DNA of 64,000 nucleotides from Reyranella sp. (GTDB lineage Bacteria; Pseudomonadota; Alphaproteobacteria; Reyranellales; Reyranellaceae): NCBI RefSeq assembly GCF_044224635.1, contig NZ_JBGAKA010000028.1, positions 38,799 to 102,798 of the forward strand, read 5' to 3'. Shown piece by piece: positions 56,821 to 64,000 of this stretch (position 1 is its first letter; each line of letters starts with the position of its first letter). The notes under the pieces were generated by a model. It saw only the letters and a program-made list of their open reading frames with translations, ran no database searches and was not told where the DNA came from. The position numbers and the translations under genes were made by a program.

Positions 56821-58610
56821 GTCAGCACGTCCGCATACTGGCGGCGATGGAACAGCCGCGCCTCGGGCCTCTGCCGGCGCGTCTTTTCGGTCGCCGCTGC
56901 ATCGACGGCTCGGCCGTCGGCGGTCAGCACGACGCCATACTCGCACTCTGCCGCCTCACGCGACACGAAGCCGCCCAGCACGTCGTCGAGCACGCGGTCG
57001 GGCTCGCGGTCGAAGGGGTGGCCCCAGCCGCCGCCGCCGCCCGTCTCCAGCCGAATGACGTCGCCGCGCTTGACGATCGTGCCGTCGCTGATCGGCGGGA
57101 TGAGGCGCTCGTCGGCGCGCCCCGGATTGATGACGATGCGTCCCGGCCCGCCGCTCTTGCCGCCGGCAACGCCCCACGGCGGGTTCTCGACGCCGTCGAT
57201 GCGCACCGAGACGATCGCCTCGGGCGCCAGCACCTCGACCTCGCGCACGATGCCGCATCCGCCGCGCCATCGGCCCGGTCCGCCGGTGTCGCAATGGATC
57301 GCATAGCGGCGCAGGCGCACCGGGTACACCGAATCGAGGAACTCGGCGGGATAGTTCTCCTGCGCCACGAGATAGACCGCGTCGATGCCGTCGGCGGTCG
57401 GCCGCGCGCCGTAGCCGACGCCGATGCCGTCTGACATCAGGAACAGCGAGCCGTCCTCCTTCTGGCCGCGCAGGTACCAGATCACATAGGCAGCATGCGC
57501 GGCCGGCGCCTGTCCGCCGGTGGCGACGTTGATCAGGCCGAGGCAGGCCGCGACGTTGCGCATCAGGGTGACGCCGCGCAGGCCGAGCGGGGCAGGGAAC
57601 TTGGGCTGCAGGATAGAGCCCGGCCGCGTGATCACCTCGTCGATCACCCGCACCGCGCCGTCGTTCAGCAGATTGTCGGGATCGCCGCCCAGCAGGTAGA
57701 GGCCGAACACGGTGCTCGGTACCTGTGGCGCCATCAGGAAATTGACCGGGCCCGGCGTCTGGTCATCGCTGTCGCTGCAGTCGAGGCCGATGTGGTTGTC
57801 GCCGACGGTGAGCTTGTAGCGCAGGCGGATCGGGCCGTTGCCCTGGCCGTCCGAGTCGATCATGTCGGTGAAGCGGTACTCGCCGGGCTTGGCCAGCGCG
57901 CGCAGCCGCTCGCGCATGGTGCGCTCGCTGCGCTCGATCAGCTGGCGGAAGGCGTCGGTCATGCACGCCTTGCCGAAGCGCTCGAACAGCTCGAGCAGGC
58001 GCTTCTCGCCCAGGCGCACCGCGGCGACGGCGGCGCGCGTGTCGCCCTGGATCATCGCCGGAAAGCGCGAGTTGCGATAGAAGATGCGCAGCGCCTCCTC
58101 GTTGAAGATGCCGTCGCGCGCCAGCCGGATCGGCGGCACCATGATGCCTTCCTGGAAGATGTCGACGCAGTCGGGCGACAGCGAGCCCGGCCGAAGGCCG
58201 CCGACGTCGTTGAAATGCGCCCATGAATGGGCGAACGCCACCAGCTCGCCCTCGGCGAAGATCGGCGCAACGAAGACCTGGTCGGGCGTATGCGAGACGG
58301 CGCCCTTGCTGAGATAGCAGTCGTTGTACCAGTAGAGGTCGCCCGGCTGCATGTCCTTCAGCGGATAGTACTCGGCGATCGGCGCCAGGATGTCGCCGAA
58401 CGCCGGCAGGTTGCTGCCCACCACCAGCTTGCCGCGGCCGTCGAACAGGGCAGCGAAGAAATCCTTCTTCTCGCGGATGAAGGGCGACATCGCGGTGCGC
58501 TCGATCAGCGCCTCCATCTCGCTCTGCGCCGCCCGCAGCGCGCCGCGCACGATCTCGAGGGTTACGGGATCGCAGACCGTGGGGAGGGCTTGGGGACTGG
58601 TGTCGTTCAT
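56817..58610 (-). CDS. hyuB: Hydantoinase B/oxoprolinase family protein
   Basis: DPVTLEIVRGALRAAQSEMEALIERTAMSPFIREKKDFF, the canonical HyuB N-terminus. The ATG at 58610 overlaps the upstream ATPase stop (ATGA). Confidence 0.9.
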   Translation of the reverse strand: MNDTSPQALPTVCDPVTLEIVRGALRAAQSEMEALIERTAMSPFIREKKDFFAALFDGRGKLVVGSNLPAFGDILAPIAEYYPLKDMQPGDLYWYNDCYLSKGAVSHTPDQVFVAPIFAEGELVAFAHSWAHFNDVGGLRPGSLSPDCVDIFQEGIMVPPIRLARDGIFNEEALRIFYRNSRFPAMIQGDTRAAVAAVRLGEKRLLELFERFGKACMTDAFRQLIERSERTMRERLRALAKPGEYRFTDMIDSDGQGNGPIRLRYKLTVGDNHIGLDCSDSDDQTPGPVNFLMAPQVPSTVFGLYLLGGDPDNLLNDGAVRVIDEVITRPGSILQPKFPAPLGLRGVTLMRNVAACLGLINVATGGQAPAAHAAYVIWYLRGQKEDGSLFLMSDGIGVGYGARPTADGIDAVYLVAQENYPAEFLDSVYPVRLRRYAIHCDTGGPGRWRGGCGIVREVEVLAPEAIVSVRIDGVENPPWGVAGGKSGGPGRIVINPGRADERLIPPISDGTIVKRGDVIRLETGGGGGWGHPFDREPDRVLDDVLGGFVSREAAECEYGVVLTADGRAVDAAATEKTRRQRPEARLFHRRQYADVLT

Positions 58611-59605
58611 GACCTGCTCGGGACTGTGTAGGCTGGAAGATCGCGCCATCGCAGGCAGCTGACCAGATGCGAGGCCGCGATCATTTCAGATTCTGGCTTG
58701 CGATGGGAACATTGCTCGCCCGCGTGGTTGCAGCGCGGATGGAAGGCGCAGCCGGCCGGCACGGCGCCCGGCTTGGGCGGCTCGCCGAGCACCGGCACGT
58801 CGCTCACCAGGGCGCTGTCGAGGCGCGGGGAGGCGGCCAGCAGAGCGCGCGTGTAGGGATGGCGCGGGGCGTTGAAGGCCTGCTCGGTATCGGCCAGCTC
58901 GACGATGCGCCCAAGATACATGATGGCGATGCGGTCGCACAGCGCGCGCACCACGGCGAGATCGTGGCTGATGAACAGGTAGGTGAGGCCGAGCCGGCCG
59001 CGCAGGTCGCGCAGCAGGCGCAGCACCGTGGCCTGCACTGAAAGGTCGAGGCCGGCGGTCGGCTCGTCGAGCAGGACCAGGCGCGGCTGCAGCACCAGGA
59101 TGCGGGCAATGCCGACGCGGCGCAGCTGGCCGCCCGACAGCTCGTGGGGATAGCGGCCGGCCATTGCCGGGTCGAGCCCGACCTCGGTGAGGGCGCGGCG
59201 CACCCGCTCGCGCCGGTCGGTCGCGGACCTGTTGCCGAGGATGGTCAGGCCTTCCTCGAGCGTGCGGCCGATCGACCACCACGGATCGAGCGCGGCGCCA
59301 GGATCTTGGTGGACGTACTGGATGTCCTTGCGCGCCTGCCGCGCGACGGAGGGCGCCAGGCCGCCCACGGTGCGGCCGTCGAGCAGGATCTCGCCGGCAT
59401 GCTCGCGTTGCACGCCCAGGATGGTGCGGGCGAGCGTGGACTTGCCGCAGCCCGATTCGCCCACCAGCCCGACGATCTCCCCCGGCCGAATCGCGAGGTC
59501 GACGCCGTCGACCGCCCGGACGCCGCGCAGCCCGCGGCCCAGGATGTCGGTGCGCTGGCCCAGGACGGTGACCAGGTTGCGGACTTCGAGGAGCGCGTCG
59601 TTCAC
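58607..59605 (-). CDS. Peptide/nickel-type ABC transporter ATP-binding protein (DppF/OppF-like)
   Basis: [36 protein letters not shown], and the C-terminal oligopeptide-ATPase extension (PRHPYTRALL...C..HPRC). Confidence 0.9.
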   Translation of the reverse strand: MNDALLEVRNLVTVLGQRTDILGRGLRGVRAVDGVDLAIRPGEIVGLVGESGCGKSTLARTILGVQREHAGEILLDGRTVGGLAPSVARQARKDIQYVHQDPGAALDPWWSIGRTLEEGLTILGNRSATDRRERVRRALTEVGLDPAMAGRYPHELSGGQLRRVGIARILVLQPRLVLLDEPTAGLDLSVQATVLRLLRDLRGRLGLTYLFISHDLAVVRALCDRIAIMYLGRIVELADTEQAFNAPRHPYTRALLAASPRLDSALVSDVPVLGEPPKPGAVPAGCAFHPRCNHAGEQCSHRKPESEMIAASHLVSCLRWRDLPAYTVPSRS

Positions 59606-59658
59606 GTTTGGGGCTCCGGCGAGGCGAGCGCGTGTGCTGAGCGATGGCGTACTTCTCT

Positions 59659-59776
59659 TGTCATCCTGAGCGCAGCGAAGGGTCTCATCGCCAGAAGTTT
59701 CAAGGTGCTCCCACTGTAATCGCCGATGAGGTCCTTCGCTAACGGCGCGGTAAACCGCGCCTTACTCAGGACGACA
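59659..59776. repeat. REP-C second copy, with a nested GCGCGGTAAACCGCGC hairpin inserted in its right arm
   Basis: TGTCATCCTGAGCGCAGCGAAGGGTCTCATCG ... CGATGAGGTCCTTCGCT[AACGGCGCGGTAAACCGCGCCTTA]CTCAGGACGACA. The same GCGCGGTAAACCGCGC core also occurs near 35411. Confidence 0.85.
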
Positions 59777-59801
59777 AAGGGGTTGGCTGCGAACCCATTC
59801 C

Positions 59802-60788
59802 TCACGCCGCCGCCTCCGGCAGGGCGAGCTCGTGGCGCGGGCAGGCGACCGTGTGGCCCGTGGATTGCGCCTGCAGGGCCGGCCGCGCCGCGGCGCAGTC
59901 GGCGACGGCGAGCGGGCAGCGCGGATGGAAGCGGCAGCCCGGCGGCGGCGCGAAGGCGCTGGGCACGCTGCCCGGAATGCCGCCGAGGTCGGTCGCCCGA
60001 TCGGGATGGCAGGCCAGCAGCAGGCGGGCGTAGGGATGGGCCGCGCCGTCGATCAGGCCGCGCGTCGGCGCCGCCTCGACGGTCTGGCCGGCATAGATCA
60101 CGTTCACCTCGTCGCACAGCTGGGCGACGACGCCGAAATCGTGGGTGACGAACAGCATGGAGAGGTCGAGCTCGGCCACCAGGTCGCGCAGCAGCTTCAG
60201 CACCTGCTGCTGCGTCGTGACGTCGAGCGCCGTGGTCGGCTCGTCGGCGATCAGCAGGCGCGGCTGGCAGGACAGCGCGGCGGCGATCAGCAGGCGCTGG
60301 CGCTGGCCGCCGGAGAATTCGTGCGGATAGCGTTCGAGGGCGCCTTCCGGATCAGGCACCTGCACCGCGCCCAGAAGCTTCACCAGGCGCTGGCGATGCT
60401 GGCCCTTCCACTGCGGCGGGGCGTGCCAGCGCATGGTCTCCAGCATCTGGGCGCCGACGCGGAACACCGGATTGAGGGCGAGGAACGGGTCCTGCGGGAT
60501 GAAGCCGATCGCCGAGCCGCGCACCTCGCGGGCCAGGATCGCGGGATCGAGGCGGGCGAGGTCGCGCCCTTCGAACACGATCTCGCCGCGCTCGATACGC
60601 GAACGCGGCGGCAAGACGCCGAGGATGGCCTTGATCAGGGTCGACTTGCCGCAACCTGATTCGCCGACGACGCCGACGATGCGGCCCTTGGGAATGGCGA
60701 GATCGACGCGGTCGAGGATGCTCGCCGTGCCCTCGTCGCCGCGAATCGAGACGGCGAGGTTGGCGACGCGAAGCAGCGGTTCGCTCAT
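59802..60788 (-). CDS. Peptide/nickel-type ABC transporter ATP-binding protein (DppD/OppD-like)
   Basis: [36 protein letters not shown]. The ATG at 60788 overlaps the permease stop (ATGA). Confidence 0.9.
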   Translation of the reverse strand: MSEPLLRVANLAVSIRGDEGTASILDRVDLAIPKGRIVGVVGESGCGKSTLIKAILGVLPPRSRIERGEIVFEGRDLARLDPAILAREVRGSAIGFIPQDPFLALNPVFRVGAQMLETMRWHAPPQWKGQHRQRLVKLLGAVQVPDPEGALERYPHEFSGGQRQRLLIAAALSCQPRLLIADEPTTALDVTTQQQVLKLLRDLVAELDLSMLFVTHDFGVVAQLCDEVNVIYAGQTVEAAPTRGLIDGAAHPYARLLLACHPDRATDLGGIPGSVPSAFAPPPGCRFHPRCPLAVADCAAARPALQAQSTGHTVACPRHELALPEAAA

Positions 60789-61627
60789 CGCGACCGCCGC
60801 AGCCTGGGATCGACCAGGTCGCGCAGCCCGTCGCCCAGCAGGTTGAAGCCGAGCACGGCGATCAGGATGGCGAGCCCCGGAAAGGTCGCGAACCACCAGG
60901 TCTCGGGCAGGAATTTCCGGCTCTCGGCGATCGCCAGGCCCCAGTCGGGATCGGGCGGCGTCGCGCCGACGCCGAGGAAGCCCAGCACGGCCGCGGTCAG
61001 GATGGTGAAGCCCATGCCGATGGTGGCGCGCACGATGATCGGCGAGGCGGCATTGGGCAGCACGTGCAGGAACAGGATGCGCGTCGTCGAGGCGCCGACG
61101 CCCTGTAACGCCTCGACGAACAGCGAGGACTTGAGGCGCCGCGTCTCGGCATAGACGGTGCGGGTGAAGAACGGCCAGTAGGTGAGGGACAGCGCCACCA
61201 TCGCCGTCACCAGGCCGGGCTTCATCAGCTGCGCCAGCGCCAGCGCCAGGATGAGCTGCGGCACCGCCAGCACGATGTCGGTCACGCGCATGATCGCCTC
61301 GGTGCGCCAGCCGCCGAGATGGCCGGCCAGCAGGCCGAGCGGCACGCCGATCAGCATGGCCGAGCCGACCACGGTGATGGCGATGATGAAGGCGCTGCGT
61401 GTGCCCAGGATGACGCGGCTGAAGATGTCGCGGCCGAGATTGTCGGTGCCGAACCAGTGCTCGGCCGACGGTGGCTTGAAGCGCAGCAGCAGGTTGGACG
61501 AGAAGGCGGCGTCGGGGTGCGGCGCGAGCTGGTTGGCGAACACCGCCACGAACAGGCCGAACAGCACGATGGCCAAGCCCAGCACCGCCGGCGTGTCGCG
61601 CAGGAATTTCCAGAGGATCAGTTTCAT
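60785..61627 (-). CDS. Peptide ABC transporter permease (DppC/OppC-like)
   Basis: 280 aa from the internal ATG. Reads HWFGTDNLGRDIFSRVILGTR, and the EAA-like region is FVEALQGVGASTTRILFLHVLPN. The upstream part of track ORF 60785..62155 was rejected. Confidence 0.9.
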   Translation of the reverse strand: MKLILWKFLRDTPAVLGLAIVLFGLFVAVFANQLAPHPDAAFSSNLLLRFKPPSAEHWFGTDNLGRDIFSRVILGTRSAFIIAITVVGSAMLIGVPLGLLAGHLGGWRTEAIMRVTDIVLAVPQLILALALAQLMKPGLVTAMVALSLTYWPFFTRTVYAETRRLKSSLFVEALQGVGASTTRILFLHVLPNAASPIIVRATIGMGFTILTAAVLGFLGVGATPPDPDWGLAIAESRKFLPETWWFATFPGLAILIAVLGFNLLGDGLRDLVDPRLRRSR

Positions 61628-62634
61628 AGTTGCTCGGCGACCCGCGGGTCGAGCAGGCCGTGCACCAGGTCGACCACGATGTTGACCACGGCGTAGATCA
61701 CGCCGACCACGAGCGTGACCGCCAGCACCGCCTTGTAGTCGCTGTTCAGGATCGCCTGCACGGCGTAGCTGCCCAGCCCCGGCCAGTCGAAGATGGCCTC
61801 GACGGCGACGGCGCTGGAGATCAGGGCGCCGAACAGCAGGCCGATCTGGGTCACCGCGGCGATCACCGAGTTGCGCAGGACATAGACCCAGATGATGCGA
61901 TGGCGCGGATAGCCGATCGCCGTCTCGTACTGGACGAAGTCGCGCTGCATCGTGTCGAGCACGCCGGCGCGGGCGAAGCGGGCGATGGTGGCGAGGGCCG
62001 GTATGGCGAGCGTGATCGCCGGCATGGCGATGTGGCGCAGGCTGCTGGTGAACTGGGTCCAGTTCCCGGCGAGCAGCGAATCGACCAGGAAAAAGCCGGT
62101 CACCGTCGGCGGGGCGCCGATATTGACGCCGATGCGGCCGCGCAGCGGCAGCCATTCGAGCTCCATCGAGAACAGGAGCTGCAGCATGATGGCGAACCAG
62201 AACGAGGCGACCGCGAGGCCGCCTACCGTGGCGACGCGCACGACATGGTCGAGCAGGCCATTGTGGCGCACCGCCGCCAGCGTGCCCAGGGGAATGCCGA
62301 TCACGGCGGCGATCAGCAGGGCGATGAAGACCAGCTCGATGGTCGCCGGCAGGGTGCGCAGCACGTCGCCGGAGACCGGCCGGTTGGAGAAGGCGGAGTT
62401 GCCCAGGTCGCCCGACAGGACCTGGCCGACATAGATGGCGAACTGCTCGTAGAGCGGCTTGTCGAAGCCGTACTTGGCGCGGATCTCCTCGATCTGCTGC
62501 TTGGTGGAATTTTCGCCGGCCAAGGTCGCCGCCGGATCGGCCGGCACGACGCGCACCAGCACGAAGGTCAGCACCATCAGCCCGACGAGCGACGGGATCA
62601 CCAGGAGCAGACGGCGGATCAGGAAACGGAGCAC
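61624..62634 (-). CDS. Peptide ABC transporter permease (DppB/OppB-like)
   Basis: 336 aa starting MLRFLIRRLLLVIPSLVGLMVLTFVLVRVVPADP, the canonical N-terminus. Confidence 0.9.
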   Translation of the reverse strand: MLRFLIRRLLLVIPSLVGLMVLTFVLVRVVPADPAATLAGENSTKQQIEEIRAKYGFDKPLYEQFAIYVGQVLSGDLGNSAFSNRPVSGDVLRTLPATIELVFIALLIAAVIGIPLGTLAAVRHNGLLDHVVRVATVGGLAVASFWFAIMLQLLFSMELEWLPLRGRIGVNIGAPPTVTGFFLVDSLLAGNWTQFTSSLRHIAMPAITLAIPALATIARFARAGVLDTMQRDFVQYETAIGYPRHRIIWVYVLRNSVIAAVTQIGLLFGALISSAVAVEAIFDWPGLGSYAVQAILNSDYKAVLAVTLVVGVIYAVVNIVVDLVHGLLDPRVAEQL

Positions 62635-62652
62635 GTGGTTACCTTCTATTCG

Positions 62653-62810
62653 CCTCCCCAGCTTCGCTGGGGAGGTGCCCCGTGATACGGGGCGGAGGGG
62701 TCATGAGCCCCAGTCCCGTTGCTCATGACCCCTCCGTCCGCATCGGCTTTTGGCCGCAGAGCGGCCAAACGCCTTTAGACGCGGACACCTCCCCAGCGGA
62801 GCTGGGGAGG
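62653..62810. repeat. Full-length REP-A composite element (158 bp)
   Basis: Same five modules and order as 28052..28208. It lies between the binding-protein gene and the first permease gene. Confidence 0.85.
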
Positions 62811-62831
62811 AAAGGTTGAGGATGTCGCCGC

Positions 62832-64000
62832 TCACTCCGCCAGCGACATCCAGCGCAGGTCGCCGCCGCCGCCGACCGGGCTGAACTGGTAGCCTTGCAC
62901 GCGCTTGGACAGGCCGCGCAGCTGGATGGTGTTGTAGACCCAGATGTCGGGCGAATCCTCGACGACGATCGAGGTGGCTTCCTGATAGAGCTTCTGGCGC
63001 TCGGGCTGGGCGCTGATCGAGCGCGCCTTGCGCAGCAGCTCGTCGACCTTGGGATTGGTGTAGTAGGCCGATGCCTTCCAGGTGCCGAGGAACTGGCTGT
63101 CGTACATCTGGCCGATCCAGTTCTCGGGATCGACGAAGTAGGTGCTGACCCAGTGGATCCACAGATCAGGCGAGGTCTCGGGCTTGGTCGTTGCCGAGGT
63201 GATCTGAGGCCACGTGCTGGGCACGATCTTCATCTTGATGCCGAGCTTCTGCAGGTCGGCCTGGAACATCTGGGCGGACTGCGAGGTCTGCTCGAGCTCG
63301 CTCTGGATGTGGATCTCGACCTCGCGATCGAGCTTGGCGCCCTCGGCCTTGGCCTTGTCGCAAAACGCCTTGGCCGCCGCCATGTCGTACTTGTAGCCCT
63401 TGAGATCGGGCGGATTGCCCCACAGGTTGCGCGGGTTGGGGCCCGGGTTGCGATCGACGAAGCCCTTCAGGATGACGTTGTTGAAGCCTTCGTAGTTGAA
63501 CGCCGAAGCGAAGCATTTGCGCGCATTGACATTGTCGAACGGCGGCTTCTTGTTGTTCATGCGGATGATGAACACGCGCATCGATTCATCGCGCGCCACG
63601 CGCGTGCGGGCGTTCTTCTCGACGCGCTCGACCTGGTCGGTCGGCAAATAGGAGTCGGTGGCGTCGATCTCGCCGCGCATCAGCGCCAGCACGCGGGTCG
63701 AGGTCTCGGCGACGGGCCGCGAGCGCACGACGTCGATCGGCTTGGGATTGTGCGCCCAGCCCTTGAAGTGATCCTTGTTGCGCAGGAGGTCGAGCGCCTC
63801 GCGCGGCCGGTAGGTCGCCGGATCGAGCTTGTAGACGCCGCTGCCGGCGCCGTTGGCGGAAAGCCAGGCGCTGCCGAAGTCGTTGTCCTTGACGTTGGCC
63901 TCGACCTGCTGCTGGCTGACGATGGCGACCAGCGGAATTGCCGCCAGGAACGGCGCGTAGGGCTTGTCGAGCACGAAGCGGACGGTTTCGGCATCTGGCG
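62832..64000 (-). CDS. ABC transporter substrate-binding protein, family 5 (peptide/nickel), 5' end beyond the window
   Basis: The frame stays open to position 64000 (..PDAETVRFVLDKPYAPFLAAIP..). The C-terminal part is typical of SBP_bac_5. Confidence 0.85.
   Translation of the reverse strand, partial: PDAETVRFVLDKPYAPFLAAIPLVAIVSQQQVEANVKDNDFGSAWLSANGAGSGVYKLDPATYRPREALDLLRNKDHFKGWAHNPKPIDVVRSRPVAETSTRVLALMRGEIDATDSYLPTDQVERVEKNARTRVARDESMRVFIIRMNNKKPPFDNVNARKCFASAFNYEGFNNVILKGFVDRNPGPNPRNLWGNPPDLKGYKYDMAAAKAFCDKAKAEGAKLDREVEIHIQSELEQTSQSAQMFQADLQKLGIKMKIVPSTWPQITSATTKPETSPDLWIHWVSTYFVDPENWIGQMYDSQFLGTWKASAYYTNPKVDELLRKARSISAQPERQKLYQEATSIVVEDSPDIWVYNTIQLRGLSKRVQGYQFSPVGGGGDLRWMSLAE

Noticed and set aside
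21278-62810. Recurrent CCTCCCCAGC..GCTGGGGAGG repeats as a possible CRISPR array
   Set aside because: The copies are tens of kb apart, irregularly spaced, internally palindromic, in both orientations and always at gene boundaries. There are no cas genes. They behave as REP/BIME-type elements.

Overview
This is a high-GC window that looks alphaproteobacterial (Hyphomicrobiales- or Rhodospirillales-like, judged by eye only). The left 13 kb holds part of a type VI secretion system (T6SS). On the minus strand it encodes tssB-tssC-(tssC paralog)-tagJ-tssE-tssF-tssG, followed by a translationally coupled SAM methyltransferase. tssA is divergent, and a clpV-hcp pair follows. Next to it, divergently transcribed, is a membrane Ser/Thr kinase whose predicted periplasmic part is a roughly 300-aa AEAEARQK octad-repeat helix plus a peptidoglycan-binding domain. 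I could not recognise tssJ/K/L/M, vgrG, PAAR, fha or pppA anywhere in the window. The remaining 47 kb is metabolic and transport cargo:
- a sugar ABC system
- a type-B carboxylesterase
- an HD-domain protein
- a vapBC toxin-antitoxin pair beside a decayed Rieske-oxygenase remnant
- a Bug/TctC binding protein
- three LLM flavin oxidoreductases
- an RND pump without an outer-membrane factor
- a 2OG-Fe(II) oxygenase
- two MFS transporters
- a single-chain BC-BCCP-CT carboxylase
- a LysR-controlled operon with a two-subunit hydroquinone-dioxygenase-like enzyme, a ThDP enzyme and an amidohydrolase
- a DUF4424/M20 peptidase pair
- a hydantoinase/oxoprolinase pair fused to a peptide ABC operon

Intergenic space is saturated with at least three families of modular palindromic (REP/BIME/MITE-like) repeats. 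I saw no tRNA, rRNA, CRISPR array, transposase or integrase. Many very long ORFs in the track are antisense or off-frame artefacts of stop-codon depletion. All functional calls rest on reading the translations and recalling family motifs; no database search was run.
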